A stretch of 64,000 nucleotides of DNA from an uncultured Cytophagia bacterium (GCA_964498785.1 CAZCJL010000002.1:40919-104918), one strand, 5' to 3'. Shown: positions 37,753 to 48,952, counted from the stretch's first letter. A program made the numbers and translations. Notes: generated by a model not told the origin, from the sequence alone.

Positions 37753-38970
37753 ATGTCGAAAAAAAAGAAAATATTTTTGTTTCTGGGTGGTCTTATTATT
37801 ATCATCATTTTTATCGCAGTCAATTTGCTTAAAAGCAAGGGGGGACATATTGAGGTGCAGGTGGCGGAAGTTGAGAGAGGCTCGATTACGCAAACAGTTT
37901 CCGGATCCGGAAAAATTCGGCCTGAGGTTGAAGTAAAAATTTCCGCGAATGTAAGTGCGGAAATTATCGGATTATATGTTAAAGAAGGAGATTTGGTTCA
38001 AAAAGGCGACTTGCTCGTGGAACTGGATAGCAAGCGTTATGAAGCAGCTTTGGAACGGGCAAAATCCAACCTGAAATCGGCTCAGGCGAATTTGCAAAAA
38101 GCTAAGTCTGATTATAGACGAACGCTGGATTTGTATAATAAAAAGTTGATTTCTGATGCAGAAAAAGAGAGCGCAGAAGCTTCTTTGCTGTTAGCAGAAA
38201 GCGAGGTCGAACAAGCGCGGGCAAGTTTAGAGGAAACAGATGATCAATTAAGAAAAACGAAAATTTTTTCGCCCATAACAGGTACAGTTTCTGAGTTGAA
38301 TAAAGAATTGGGAGAAATTGCACTGGGTTCCACTTTTCAGGCGGATGTAATAATGGTTGTGGCAGATTTGTCGAATATGGAGGTGGTCGCTGATATTGAT
38401 GAGAATGATGTGGTTCTGGTTTCAATTGGTGATTCAACCAATATTGAGGTTGATGCAATTCCGGATACGACCTTTTTAGGAGTCGTTACGGAAATAGCGC
38501 ATTCTGCCACTACACGAGGCCTGGGAACGCAAGAAGAAGTCACGAATTTTGAGGTTAAGATAGCAATGATTAATTCGGTGGAAAAATTACGTCCGGGGAT
38601 GTCTGCAACAGTCGATATAAAAACCGAAACCAGACGTGATATTTTGTATGTGCCTATTCAAGCTGTTACTGTTCGATTGCCGGATGAAATAAAAAGCGTA
38701 AACAAAGATGGAAAAGATGCAGGCAAAGGGGAAAGCGCTGAACCAATGGATGCTGATAAAAAAATGATTGAAGTAGTATTTGTCGTTGAGGATGAGACTG
38801 CGAAAACAGTTCCGGTGAAAACCGGAATAAGTAATGATACAGATATTGAGATAAAATCTGGTCTGGAAGAAGGTCAAAAAATTGTTATCGGCAGCTATCG
38901 GGCGATCTCTAAAACATTGAAAGATGAAAGCCTTGTTAAGGTGGCTGATAAAACTAAATTGTCAAAATAG
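37753..38970 (+). CDS. Efflux transporter periplasmic adaptor subunit (HlyD/MacA family)
   Basis: N-terminal TM anchor, then biotinyl-lipoyl, coiled-coil and beta-barrel regions. SD AGGGAG. Confidence 0.85.
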   Translation: MSKKKKIFLFLGGLIIIIIFIAVNLLKSKGGHIEVQVAEVERGSITQTVSGSGKIRPEVEVKISANVSAEIIGLYVKEGDLVQKGDLLVELDSKRYEAALERAKSNLKSAQANLQKAKSDYRRTLDLYNKKLISDAEKESAEASLLLAESEVEQARASLEETDDQLRKTKIFSPITGTVSELNKELGEIALGSTFQADVIMVVADLSNMEVVADIDENDVVLVSIGDSTNIEVDAIPDTTFLGVVTEIAHSATTRGLGTQEEVTNFEVKIAMINSVEKLRPGMSATVDIKTETRRDILYVPIQAVTVRLPDEIKSVNKDGKDAGKGESAEPMDADKKMIEVVFVVEDETAKTVPVKTGISNDTDIEIKSGLEEGQKIVIGSYRAISKTLKDESLVKVADKTKLSK

Positions 38971-38992
38971 TTTTAATTTATAGAGGTATTCC

Positions 38993-39673
38993 ATGTTGAT
39001 TGATATCGAAGACATTGAGAAAATTTACACGGTTGGTACAGTCGAAGTCCATGCGTTACGTGGTGTTAATTTGCAGATAGAAGACAATGAATACATTGCT
39101 ATTATGGGGCCGTCTGGATCCGGAAAATCTACGTTAATGAATATCCTGGGGTGTCTGGATACGCCGTCTTCTGGTGAGTATCAGTTTAGCGGAGAAGCGG
39201 TTAGCAAAATGAATGATAATCAACTTGCGGAAATCAGGAACCGCGAGATTGGCTTTGTATTTCAGACATTCAATTTGTTGCCCAGAGCATCTGCTTTACA
39301 CAACGTAGAATTACCGCTTATTTATAATGGTACTCCATCTTCCAGGCGTAAAAAAATTGCCAGAGAAGCGCTGGAACGGGTTGGTCTGGCAGATCGAATG
39401 GATCATAAACCAAACGAGCTATCCGGTGGACAACGTCAGCGTGTGGCCATTGCCCGGGCCCTGGTAAATAATCCAAAAATTATTTTAGCAGACGAACCCA
39501 CAGGTAATCTTGATACCAGAACGGGTGAAGAAATCATGGAAGTTTTCGAGGATTTACATGAAGGCGGAAATACGATCATTTTGGTAACGCACGAGGAATA
39601 TATTGCCGAGCATACCAATAGAATTGTTCGATTGCGTGACGGCAGAATCGAACGAGACGAGGAAATCGCATGA
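38993..39673 (+). CDS. macB: ABC transporter ATP-binding protein, MacB/LolD type
   Basis: Walker [10 protein letters not shown], signature [15 protein letters not shown], Walker [12 protein letters not shown]. The stop overlaps the next start (ATGA). Confidence 0.9.
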   Translation: MLIDIEDIEKIYTVGTVEVHALRGVNLQIEDNEYIAIMGPSGSGKSTLMNILGCLDTPSSGEYQFSGEAVSKMNDNQLAEIRNREIGFVFQTFNLLPRASALHNVELPLIYNGTPSSRRKKIAREALERVGLADRMDHKPNELSGGQRQRVAIARALVNNPKIILADEPTGNLDTRTGEEIMEVFEDLHEGGNTIILVTHEEYIAEHTNRIVRLRDGRIERDEEIA

Positions 39674-40896
39674 GAATTTTGGTTGAATTGTGGGAAGGCG
39701 TGAAAATTGCGCTTGTTGCGTTGCGAACGAATAAAATGCGATCGTTCTTAACAACGCTTGGGATCATTATCGGTATTATGACGGTTATTTCCATTCATGC
39801 AATCATAATCGGATTGAATCAAGCTTTTTATTCATCAATTTCTGCGCTTGGTTCAGATACATTATACATTCAAAAATTTGCCTGGGCTTCACGAACAGAT
39901 TGGCTGAAATCTCTGCATCGAAAAGATATTACAATGAAAGAGGCGGAAGCCATTGATAAATTTGCAACACTTGCTACTGCCGTTGCACCAACAGTAACCA
40001 CTCAGCGTACTGTTAAATTTAAAAGCGAAAAACTCACTGGAATTCAGGTGATTGGTACAACTGAGGAGTATACAATCACGTCAAGTGTTTATCCTGAAAT
40101 AGGGCGGCCCTTATCAAAATTAGACGTCGATCACCGCAGAGCTGTTTGTATTATCGGATATGAAATAGCAGATAAAATATTTAAAAATGTAAACCCGTTG
40201 GGAAGACGTATTACAATCGGGTTTACTAAATTCAGAGTGATTGGTGTGATGGAAAAACAGGGAAGTATGCTTGGTCATAACCTCGATACTCAGGTTATTA
40301 TCCCATTTGGACTTTTTCAAAAACTGTATGGCTCCAGACGCTGGGTAACAATTGAAGTGAAAGTGAGCGATCCGGAATTTATTGAGGATGCAAAGGACGA
40401 GCTTACTGGTATATTAAGAAGGGTGCGCAAAGTACCGCCGGGCGAAGAAAATGATTTCGCGATTAACCAACAGGATGCAATCGCAGATTTGTATAAAAGT
40501 TTAACAACCGCATTATATATCGTTGCTTTTGGAGTGGGCGCCATTTCCCTGATCGTCGGAGGTATCGGAATTATGAATATTATGCTTGTTTCTGTAACCG
40601 AGCGTACGAGGGAAATCGGAATCCGTAAAGCAATCGGTGCTCGCAATAAAGATGTTTTATGGCAGTTTTTGGTTGAGTCGGTGATGGTGAGCGCTATCGG
40701 TGGCATTATTGGCATCTTGCTGGGTTTTGCGATCGCGAAAACAATTGCTGCTTCAACGTTTTTGTCAGCATCTATTTCAGCAGTTTCAATAATTATCGGA
40801 GTAGGTTTTATTGCTCTGGTGGGAATCGCATTCGGCATTTTCCCGGCTTACAAAGCATCCCGCCTGGATCCGATTATTGCCTTACGCCATGAATAA
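39670..40896 (+). CDS. ABC transporter permease, FtsX/MacB-type (permease 1)
   Basis: N-terminal TM, MacB periplasmic domain and a C-terminal FtsX 3-TM bundle with ...[14 protein letters not shown].... Confidence 0.85.
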   Translation: MRILVELWEGVKIALVALRTNKMRSFLTTLGIIIGIMTVISIHAIIIGLNQAFYSSISALGSDTLYIQKFAWASRTDWLKSLHRKDITMKEAEAIDKFATLATAVAPTVTTQRTVKFKSEKLTGIQVIGTTEEYTITSSVYPEIGRPLSKLDVDHRRAVCIIGYEIADKIFKNVNPLGRRITIGFTKFRVIGVMEKQGSMLGHNLDTQVIIPFGLFQKLYGSRRWVTIEVKVSDPEFIEDAKDELTGILRRVRKVPPGEENDFAINQQDAIADLYKSLTTALYIVAFGVGAISLIVGGIGIMNIMLVSVTERTREIGIRKAIGARNKDVLWQFLVESVMVSAIGGIIGILLGFAIAKTIAASTFLSASISAVSIIIGVGFIALVGIAFGIFPAYKASRLDPIIALRHE

Positions 40897-40919
40897 CGTA
40901 TTGAATAAAAAGTAGGAAT

Positions 40920-42140
40920 ATGGAATTTAAATCAAGCCTTATCATTGCTATTGACGCGATGCGCAGTAATAAGCTGCGTTCGATTTTAACGACATTGGGT
41001 ATTATCATTGGGGTGACAACGATTATTGGGATGATGTCGATTGTGCAGGGACTGCAAAATTATATGGTCAGTCAATTATCTATTTTGGGATCAACTACAT
41101 TTCAGGTACAGAAATTTCCGGCAGTAAATTTTGGCCATTTGGATGAAAAATACAGAAAACGAAAAGACCTGACATTAGAACAGGCGAATGCAATTAAAAG
41201 AGCGCAGGCAGTCAAGGCAGTCGGCCCTGAAGCCTGGCAATTCAGACAGGTTGTTAAGCATCAAGACAAAAAAACAAATCCTGACGTATTTATGACAGGC
41301 GCCACGCCCGAATTTCAGGCAGCGAACGGGTATTTTGTCGGAGAGGGGCGATTTATTACCTACGAAGATGTCGAATTTAGGCGAAAGGTGATTGTGTTAG
41401 GATTGGATGTCGTGGAAATGTTGTTTCCGCATTCTCTGGCCATCGGTCAGGATGTTCGGGTTGGCGCTCAAAAATTCAGAGTCATTGGAACTCTTGAAGA
41501 GCAGGGAAGTTCATTTGGTCAAAGCAAAGATAATTATATTATTATCCCGATTACAACTTTTTATAAAATTTATGGGGACAAGAGAAGTCTGAATATCACT
41601 GTTCAGGCAAAAAGTGTTGATTTGTTGGAAAACGCTATTGAACAGACAACTGGAATATTGAGAACTGTTCGCAAAGTACCTCCTGGGGAACCAAATGATT
41701 TTGAAATTTTTACCAGTCAATCGCTGGTTGACACATTTAACGACATGTCTAAATACGTAAAGATCGCGGCTATTGGCATTGCGCTAATTTCGTTGCTTGT
41801 CGGAGGAATCGGAATCATGAATATCATGCTGGTTTCAGTAACAGAGCGAACAAAAGAGATCGGAATTCGCAAATCCATTGGCGCAAAAAAGAAAGATATC
41901 CTGTGGCAATTTATTACAGAATCTGTTATATTAGGTAACATTGGCGGACTGATCGGTATTATTTTGGGAATATTTATTGGCATATTTGTGGGACTTGCAA
42001 CACCATTGCCAACTGCAATTCCAATTTGGGCCATTTTTCTGGGAATCGGTTTTTGTTCGGCGGTCGGATTATTTTTCGGCATTTATCCGGCGGCAAAAGC
42101 TGCCAGATTAGACCCGATAGAGGCGCTTCGCTATGAATAA
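40920..42140 (+). CDS. ABC transporter permease, FtsX/MacB-type (permease 2)
   Basis: Paralog of the preceding gene (...[14 protein letters not shown]...). Confidence 0.85.
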   Translation: MEFKSSLIIAIDAMRSNKLRSILTTLGIIIGVTTIIGMMSIVQGLQNYMVSQLSILGSTTFQVQKFPAVNFGHLDEKYRKRKDLTLEQANAIKRAQAVKAVGPEAWQFRQVVKHQDKKTNPDVFMTGATPEFQAANGYFVGEGRFITYEDVEFRRKVIVLGLDVVEMLFPHSLAIGQDVRVGAQKFRVIGTLEEQGSSFGQSKDNYIIIPITTFYKIYGDKRSLNITVQAKSVDLLENAIEQTTGILRTVRKVPPGEPNDFEIFTSQSLVDTFNDMSKYVKIAAIGIALISLLVGGIGIMNIMLVSVTERTKEIGIRKSIGAKKKDILWQFITESVILGNIGGLIGIILGIFIGIFVGLATPLPTAIPIWAIFLGIGFCSAVGLFFGIYPAAKAARLDPIEALRYE

Positions 42141-42190
42141 TATAGTTCAACAAAATGAAAAACATCCTAAAGAGCAGGAGGTTATAAAGA

Positions 42191-42529
42191 ATGAATATCT
42201 CATTAAAAAAGGTTAATGATGTTCTCGTCGTTGCAATGGAAGGCGAGATTATGGGTGGAACAGATGCTGAAAGTTTTAAAAATACAATCTATAAATCAAT
42301 AGAAGATGATGTGACCAATATTGTTGTTGATCTAAAGAACGCAACGTGGATGAACAGCTCCGGATTGGGAATGTTGATCACAGGCTTAACCACAGCTCGA
42401 AGTAGCGGCGGTGATTTATTTCTTGCACAATTATCAGAACGGATTCGGAGACCACTGGAAGTGACAAAATTAGATTCGGTTTTTTCAATTTATGATACAG
42501 TAGATGAAGCAATCGCTGGATTTAAATAA
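42191..42529 (+). CDS. STAS-domain protein (anti-sigma-factor antagonist, SpoIIAA-like)
   Basis: 112 aa with a conserved phosphorylatable-Ser region (NSSGLGMLI). SD AGGAGG. Confidence 0.8.
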   Translation: MNISLKKVNDVLVVAMEGEIMGGTDAESFKNTIYKSIEDDVTNIVVDLKNATWMNSSGLGMLITGLTTARSSGGDLFLAQLSERIRRPLEVTKLDSVFSIYDTVDEAIAGFK

Positions 42530-42567
42530 ATATTAACCAGGTAATTGCGTATTTTAGGAGAAGGAAT

Positions 42568-43137
42568 ATGACGCAATATACACGTGAACAAATCGTTGAA
42601 AAAGTGAAACAAAAAATCTCTCTTGAAGGTGTGGATTTAGCTGGTATTGACTTATCTTATGAAAATCTAAAAGGTGCAAATTTCGCTGGCGCCAATTTAG
42701 TTGAAGCGCATTTACAAAACACAAACCTTGAAGGAGCTAACTTCCGCGGAGCCAACCTTGAACGGGCATTTCTCTTTGGTGCAAACCTTACGAATATAAT
42801 ATTTGATAACGCTAATTTAAAGGATGCGAACTTGCAGGATACAAATTTAGAAAATTCCAGCTTTGTGAATGCAGATATGGAACATATTAAGCTGTTTGGT
42901 TCACAAATGGAAAATTCAAACTTTGAAAACGCGAACCTGAAAATAGCGCGTATGAAACGAGCGTCACTCAAAAAAGCGAATTTTAAAGGAGCGAATCTGA
43001 GCGGAGCGCATTTGGAACGGTCAGACCTTACAAATGCTAATTTTGCAAACGCTGATCTAACGGATTCTCATTTAAAAAGCGCGAAGACAAATAATGCAAA
43101 TTTTGAAGGCGCAAAAACCGAAGGTATGCAACAATAG
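42568..43137 (+). CDS. Pentapeptide-repeat protein
   Basis: Tandem A(N/D)LxxA(N/H)L pentapeptide repeats cover almost the whole 189 aa. Confidence 0.8.
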   Translation: MTQYTREQIVEKVKQKISLEGVDLAGIDLSYENLKGANFAGANLVEAHLQNTNLEGANFRGANLERAFLFGANLTNIIFDNANLKDANLQDTNLENSSFVNADMEHIKLFGSQMENSNFENANLKIARMKRASLKKANFKGANLSGAHLERSDLTNANFANADLTDSHLKSAKTNNANFEGAKTEGMQQ

Positions 43138-43192
43138 AAAATTATTAGAAAATTGCCTGTCAAATAATGTTTAGCACGATTTTTGTTGAAAC

Positions 43193-43222
43193 ATATCATA
43201 TTTTTAATATGATATTTTTTTT
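43193..43222 (+). terminator. Weak AT-only hairpin plus T7, a possible terminator or operator palindrome
   Basis: atatcatat-tttta-atatgatat followed by TTTTTTT. The stem has no GC pairs. Confidence 0.3.
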
Positions 43223-43233
43223 GAGGCTCGTTT

Positions 43234-44823
43234 GTGAATAGAAAAGAAATATGTGCTGCATTACTTACGGCTGTGGTAACAATTTATTTTTCCGCTTGTT
43301 CGTGTTGTTTCTCTCAAAATATAGCTCATCCGGTTTCTTCAAAAAATTCAATCAATAAAATGCACTATGCAACAGTTGAAGTATTGGTTGTTTTTTACAT
43401 AAATACTGTTGCGTCCCAAATATCCCCGGACGAAATCAACCGGATGAAAAACGGAATCCATCTTGCCAGGGAGTTCTTTTGGCGAAATTCAGGCGCAAAA
43501 TTAAATTTGACGATCAGCTATCTTGAAATCCGGGATTTTAAATCCAACTTATTTTTCCAGCATGATGGATCATTCGTGCCAGAATATGTTCAACAGGACA
43601 TCCGACAAACCGACATTGAGGTGGATCGGTATGGCATAATTGTGATAATTTATCCGCCGCCAACAGGAACTGGTAATTATAGCGAAATGCAGGTTATTCA
43701 GGAATCTGCTTATGCCTTTATCCGTTATCCGTTTCCAAAAGATGGGACCTATCCGGTATCCGGCAAATCAGTTGATCATTTTAGTGTATGGCCGTTTGTT
43801 CATGAACTGCAACGAAGTCTTAGACACGTTTATTCTGAGAAATGTGGCGCCTCTGCAATGTGGGATGGGGACGCACCAGTGGATTATGCCAAAAAGTCAG
43901 GCGAAAAATTCAGCTATCAGGCTGAGATACTCCGTGCTTTCAATGATTATTTGCACATAAGTGAACCCTGGGGATATGTATCCGAAGCAGTTGATCGTGA
44001 TTATGATCAATTTCCGGATAATGATCCCGATGTGCCCATGGATGAAAATCGGTTTGGAAGTAATTCGTCCAGCGCTGATACCGACGATGACGGGCTCACT
44101 GATTTACAGGAGTACATGGCCAGTATTTATCAGGGAAGTAATCCCCTGAATCCGGATTCTGATTTCGATGAAAAAAATGACGGCCAGGATGAATACCCTC
44201 TGAATTATCTTTTTCCTGGTGTTAATAAATTAATACCGGATTTTAGGGGAGAACTTGATTCCCAATATCTTGTGACAGATAAAATGGATTTCTCTTCTTT
44301 TTATTTTTCGGGCGGAGATTCATTAACCGCCAAATTTTATATGAGTTGGGATGAGCGCTATCTCTATATATCAACCATTCTTGATGCGCCGGCTGCTCTT
44401 CACCTTGATCTTGATTTGAATAATGATGGCTGGTGGAATGGCCGGGATAACTATCGTATCGTTGCAGATCCATTTTCCGCTCGATTGACAGAAATTCGAA
44501 TAAAAGATGCCACAGCAAGAGCGCGAAAGTTGAGCTTACGTTCAGGACTAAGTGATAATGAAATATGGGATGATGAACCTGAGTATATCTCCCAATTTGG
44601 GCGATTGATTGATGAACGCGATGTAAAATTTTCAACCAAAACACAAGAAATGAAATACATGATTAAAATCGCAATTCCGGCGAACAAGTATGTTGCTTTT
44701 AAACCGGAACCGGAACGAAAAATTAGCCTTCGAGCATATTTCACTCAAATTGGCGTCGATAATGGAATGTGGGCTACCATTTACGAGCACTATTCCTTTT
44801 TTGAATGCATTTTAATAAGATAA
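43234..44823 (+). CDS. Lipoprotein with thrombospondin-type-3-like Asp-rich calcium-binding repeats (hypothetical)
   Basis: GTG start with SD GAGG. Lipobox IYFSAC. Asp-rich repeats DNDPDVPMDENRFG, DTDDDGLTDLQEY, NPDSDFDEKNDGQDEYPLNY. Confidence 0.55.
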   Translation: MNRKEICAALLTAVVTIYFSACSCCFSQNIAHPVSSKNSINKMHYATVEVLVVFYINTVASQISPDEINRMKNGIHLAREFFWRNSGAKLNLTISYLEIRDFKSNLFFQHDGSFVPEYVQQDIRQTDIEVDRYGIIVIIYPPPTGTGNYSEMQVIQESAYAFIRYPFPKDGTYPVSGKSVDHFSVWPFVHELQRSLRHVYSEKCGASAMWDGDAPVDYAKKSGEKFSYQAEILRAFNDYLHISEPWGYVSEAVDRDYDQFPDNDPDVPMDENRFGSNSSSADTDDDGLTDLQEYMASIYQGSNPLNPDSDFDEKNDGQDEYPLNYLFPGVNKLIPDFRGELDSQYLVTDKMDFSSFYFSGGDSLTAKFYMSWDERYLYISTILDAPAALHLDLDLNNDGWWNGRDNYRIVADPFSARLTEIRIKDATARARKLSLRSGLSDNEIWDDEPEYISQFGRLIDERDVKFSTKTQEMKYMIKIAIPANKYVAFKPEPERKISLRAYFTQIGVDNGMWATIYEHYSFFECILIR

Positions 44824-45031
44824 CTGTTCGGTGATTCTGCAAAGTAAGTTTAAAAAAATCTGCGACATGGGTAGTAAATATGCACAGACGGGTTTCTGGG
44901 ATCAGGCGGCTGTTATTGGCTGTATAAAATAGATGAAACCACTTCCGCAATTTTTAACTGTTTTGCAAATATATGACCTTGCATGTATAAATGCTTAAAG
45001 TAAAAAATCAGGATTAATTGAGATTTGAATT

Positions 45032-46693
45032 ATGAGAGCTTTGCTGATATTATTTATTGCAGTTATAATGTTGTTTTCTAATACAACAACAAAGGGGGAT
45101 GATTCTGATACAAAACAGGAGATGGTGACAACTGCTCATTATCTTGCAACTAAAGCTGGTTTTGATATTCTGGAAAAAGGCGGAAACGCAGTCGATGCTG
45201 CAATCGCAGCGATGTTTACACTTCCAATTGTGGAACCCTGGGCCTCGGGTTTAGGGGGCGGTGGATTTGCAGTGGTGAAAATGAAAGCTGGTTCAGAGCC
45301 TCTAATTATTGATTATCGCGAGCAAGCGCCAAGAGGAGCAAATCCAGCGTTGTTATATCGAGATTCTGAATCGTTTCGATATTATGCTTACACCGGGTAT
45401 CGATCAATTTGTGTTCCGGGAGTGGTTGCCGGGGCAGAATTTTTATTGAATAAATATGGTTCGCTAAGTTTGGAGCACGTTTTACAACCAGTTATTGAAA
45501 TCGCCAGACAGGGATTTCCCATATCTTATAAATTTTACAAGAAAATAACAGAGTATTATGATCTTATTGATGTGAACCGGACCACGTCTTCCATATATTA
45601 TCCGAATTACCTGCCGATTGGCGAAGGGGAAATGCTGATGCGGGAGGATCTGGCAAAACTATATGAAAAAATTATTGAAAAAGGATTATCAGATTTTTAT
45701 CAAGGTGAGATCGCGAATAATATTGTAGAAGATATCCGTCTAAATAGCGGATTGTTAACGATAAAAGATCTGAATTTGTATAGCCCGAAAATACGAAAGC
45801 CAGTCAGGGGAAACTACAATGGATACGAAATAGTGACGGTTCCACCGCCAAGTTATGGAGGGGCGGCGCTAATCGAATTGTTGCAAATACTCCAGGGATA
45901 TAACCTAAAAAAAATGGGCTTTAATAGCGGAGAATATATTCATGTTTTCATCGAGGCGCTAAAACATGTGATAAAAGACAGGGAAACGTATGCCGGTGAC
46001 CCGGATTTTGGCTCGATCCGCTATGATAACTATATTACAGACCAATACGCACAAAATATTCGCTCCAAAATTGATACACTAAGTGCCGCTAATTTTCCTA
46101 TTGTGACAGTCGCGTCAAAATATGAAAGTGAAAATGCCTCTCATGTCTCGATTGTTGATAGAAATGGTAACTGTGTCGCTTTTACAAATACGATCAATTT
46201 TTACTTTGGATCCGGTGTATCCCACCCTGCTTATGGAATTTTATATAATAACGGATTATTCTATTTTTCACAGGATTCTTTAAATAAAAATGCTGTTGAA
46301 CCTGGCAAACGTTCTGCTAGTAGTACAGCGCCGACAATCGTTCTTCGCGGAGATAAACCGGTTCTTGTATTAGGCACGTCTGGTGGTGCACGGCTTCTCT
46401 CAACGTTTGCGAATATTATTATCGGGGTGATGGATTTTAATATGTCCATCGACGAAGCGATTGATGCACCAAGATTTTTTTATGAAGACGGAAAAATACA
46501 AATGGAAACCAGAATTGAATCAGTTACTATTGAATATTTGAAACAACTGGGGCATAAAGTAAATCTGAAAACAGATTATAGCGCTTATTTTGGGATTGCC
46601 CAGGGAATCCAAATTAATAATGTGAGCGGGCAATTGATCGGCGCCGCAGACATGCGGGGAGAAGGTAACAAGTACATAAACAATATAAATTAG
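45032..46693 (+). CDS. ggt: Gamma-glutamyltransferase family protein
   Basis: Signal peptide. N-terminal TTAHYLATKAGFDILEKGGNAVDAAIAA and GLGGGGF. Small-subunit region NASHVSIVDRNGNCVAFTNTINFYFGSG. Oxyanion GG in GTSGGARL. The nucleophile motif is unusual (see findings). Confidence 0.8.
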   Translation: MRALLILFIAVIMLFSNTTTKGDDSDTKQEMVTTAHYLATKAGFDILEKGGNAVDAAIAAMFTLPIVEPWASGLGGGGFAVVKMKAGSEPLIIDYREQAPRGANPALLYRDSESFRYYAYTGYRSICVPGVVAGAEFLLNKYGSLSLEHVLQPVIEIARQGFPISYKFYKKITEYYDLIDVNRTTSSIYYPNYLPIGEGEMLMREDLAKLYEKIIEKGLSDFYQGEIANNIVEDIRLNSGLLTIKDLNLYSPKIRKPVRGNYNGYEIVTVPPPSYGGAALIELLQILQGYNLKKMGFNSGEYIHVFIEALKHVIKDRETYAGDPDFGSIRYDNYITDQYAQNIRSKIDTLSAANFPIVTVASKYESENASHVSIVDRNGNCVAFTNTINFYFGSGVSHPAYGILYNNGLFYFSQDSLNKNAVEPGKRSASSTAPTIVLRGDKPVLVLGTSGGARLLSTFANIIIGVMDFNMSIDEAIDAPRFFYEDGKIQMETRIESVTIEYLKQLGHKVNLKTDYSAYFGIAQGIQINNVSGQLIGAADMRGEGNKYINNIN

Positions 46694-47127
46694 CGCTGCT
46701 CTATTTTATATGCATTGAGAAACGCCACAAGCTCATCCTGATAAGATCGTTTGCGATGATATTCATTTTGATTGACAAAATATTTTTCAACTTCGTCAAC
46801 ACCAGATTGGGACACAGAAAACGCAGCATATCCGTTTTCCCAGGAAAAACGCATTGTTAGAAGCCGATTTTCATTAATCCAGCTTGCCGTCCTGCCTTTA
46901 AGTAGTTTTGCTAATTCATCAATCGTATACTCAAAGGGTAAATCTATAAGAACATGGACATGGTTTGAATAGACAAAATTGGCTGTGATGAAAATTTCTT
47001 TAAGTGAAGAATATTCAATCAGATAATCTGATACTTTTTGCCGAACATCTGGTTCAAGATTCTTCTGCAAATCAAGAGTCGCCCACATTAAATGAAGCCA
47101 GCATCGGCTGTATATCTGTTGAGACAT
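46690..47127 (-). CDS. IS200/IS605-family Y1 (HUH) transposase, RAYT-like, solitary
   Basis: 145 aa. HUH motif NHVHVLIDLP, catalytic-Tyr region WENGYAAFSV and the C-terminal KYFVNQNEYHRK signature. Its 3' end overlaps the ggt stop by 4 nt. No inverted repeats flank it. Confidence 0.7.
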   Translation of the reverse strand: MSQQIYSRCWLHLMWATLDLQKNLEPDVRQKVSDYLIEYSSLKEIFITANFVYSNHVHVLIDLPFEYTIDELAKLLKGRTASWINENRLLTMRFSWENGYAAFSVSQSGVDEVEKYFVNQNEYHRKRSYQDELVAFLNAYKIEQR

Positions 47128-47201
47128 ATCGTCTCTCCCAATTGTTTTTTCATTAACTTTTCATAAGCAAAATTAAGTCAAAATATTTCATGCCCTTTAT
47201 C

Positions 47202-48104
47202 TCAGGTGTTTGTTAAAACCCGTTCGTTCGCCATTTTTTCTAATTCTTCAATTGTTAACGGCGCGCTGCCTTCCAATCGATTATTTATAAGCAAATACGC
47301 GTATTTCTTATTTTTAATTGCTCGTTCGATCAATTTCATGAGGCCTTCCCGAACAGCAGGTTGTCGCTCCACGATTTTATCAAACGGATTGAATTTTTTA
47401 ACCGACTCATTGTACGCCATTCCTGTTGGAGTCAACATGCGGGCAATGATGAAATCAGCCGTTATAGAATCAAATTCCAATTGTTTGCCAACTGGTGGCA
47501 TATAAGACCATTGGTTGAAAACATGCGCCACTTTATGTTTCCGCAGAACATCAAAATATCGCGGCACAAGAAAATTTTTATTTCGAATTTCAACACTGTA
47601 TTGAAAATCAGCAGGCAATTTAGTGAAGAATTCATCCAGCTTTTTTGTAAATTCACTTACCGTCAGATCGGTTTTTTTGATATACGAGAATTCGAAAATA
47701 AATGGACCGGTATGATCCATAAACACATTCTGGTATGGTTTAAGAACCGTGTTGATGAATATTTTTTCATTTAAAAAATTCGGATTTAATTTTTCTGCCA
47801 TCTCATGATGATAATGTTTTTTGGGATAACGGTAAATTGTGATTTCTTCCCAAACTTTGCTGCACGTTTTAAAATGTACCGGAAGCTGTTTTGAATAATG
47901 TTCAAGTAATGACTCTGAGGGAGGCTGATAAAAAAACAGATCCATTCCCACGGTTGAAAAACGTCTGTCTGCGGCATACTCCGCAAGGCAGTCTTTCTTG
48001 AAACGATGTTCAGGATATTCTTTGAAATAAACGATATCTTTCCACCCCTCATACGCCCATGATGATGTACCAAACATAACATATTTTTTATATTCTTTTA
48101 ACAT
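47202..48104 (-). CDS. DUF72 (UPF0759) family protein
   Basis: N-terminal FGTSSWAYEGW matches the DUF72 GTSGW motif. An alternative start is the internal ATG at 48077. Confidence 0.75.
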   Translation of the reverse strand: MLKEYKKYVMFGTSSWAYEGWKDIVYFKEYPEHRFKKDCLAEYAADRRFSTVGMDLFFYQPPSESLLEHYSKQLPVHFKTCSKVWEEITIYRYPKKHYHHEMAEKLNPNFLNEKIFINTVLKPYQNVFMDHTGPFIFEFSYIKKTDLTVSEFTKKLDEFFTKLPADFQYSVEIRNKNFLVPRYFDVLRKHKVAHVFNQWSYMPPVGKQLEFDSITADFIIARMLTPTGMAYNESVKKFNPFDKIVERQPAVREGLMKLIERAIKNKKYAYLLINNRLEGSAPLTIEELEKMANERVLTNT

Positions 48105-48106
48105 AA

Positions 48107-48952
48107 TTATTCCCTGGTACTTAATTTTTTTATAAAATTTTTCAATCCATTTATATAAATATCGCCGGATATCAAAAATCCATCATTATGCCCTCCACTG
48201 ATTTTTAAGAATTCTTTCGGTTCGTTTGCAATCTGAAAAAGCGTTTTACCAAATTGATAAGGCACAATATCATCCTGAGAACTGTGAATTATTAAAACCG
48301 GACAAACCACTTTTTCCAGATAGCTTTGAGTGGAATATTTGAACTTTATCAACCATTTAACCGGCAAAAATCCATAATGCGCCTCTGCCATATCACGGGC
48401 AGATGTGAACGCTGATTCAAGGATTAATGCGCCTGGCTGCGTACGCTGTGCCAGCCATGCTGCAATTGAAGCACCGAGAGAACGACCAAATATGATAATT
48501 CGTCGCGCATCAATATTTTTTCCCTGTGTCAAATAAGTCCATGCTGCCAGAGCATCCAGATATGTTCCCTGCTCGCTCGGAGTACCGCGACTTTTTCCAA
48601 AACCACGGTAATCAAAGATAAAGACATTGTAATCTAATTTTCGGAATATCGCGATAGATTCAAGCCTGTCACTAATATTACCGGCATTCCCGTGATGAAA
48701 CAGTATTGTTCCTCTACTTTCAGGTGCCGGGATAAACCAGCCATGCAGTTTAATATTATCCTCAGTTGTAAAAAAAATGTCTTCATAATCGAAGCTATAA
48801 TTATTTGGTGTATACATCAACGTGTTTGTTGGAAAATAGATTAACTTACCCTGGAATAGATAAACAATAATGCATAATCCGCCATACCCGATTGAAAGGA
48901 TTGTAAAAATCGGGGTAATGGCAGACCATATTTTTTGAAAAAAAAGATTCAT
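48107..48952 (-). CDS. Alpha/beta-fold hydrolase
   Basis: N-terminal TM. HGNAGN oxyanion region and nucleophile elbow GRSLGAS. The first ATG is at 48952; the track's 48958 is a TTG. Confidence 0.8.
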   Translation of the reverse strand: MNLFFQKIWSAITPIFTILSIGYGGLCIIVYLFQGKLIYFPTNTLMYTPNNYSFDYEDIFFTTEDNIKLHGWFIPAPESRGTILFHHGNAGNISDRLESIAIFRKLDYNVFIFDYRGFGKSRGTPSEQGTYLDALAAWTYLTQGKNIDARRIIIFGRSLGASIAAWLAQRTQPGALILESAFTSARDMAEAHYGFLPVKWLIKFKYSTQSYLEKVVCPVLIIHSSQDDIVPYQFGKTLFQIANEPKEFLKISGGHNDGFLISGDIYINGLKNFIKKLSTRE

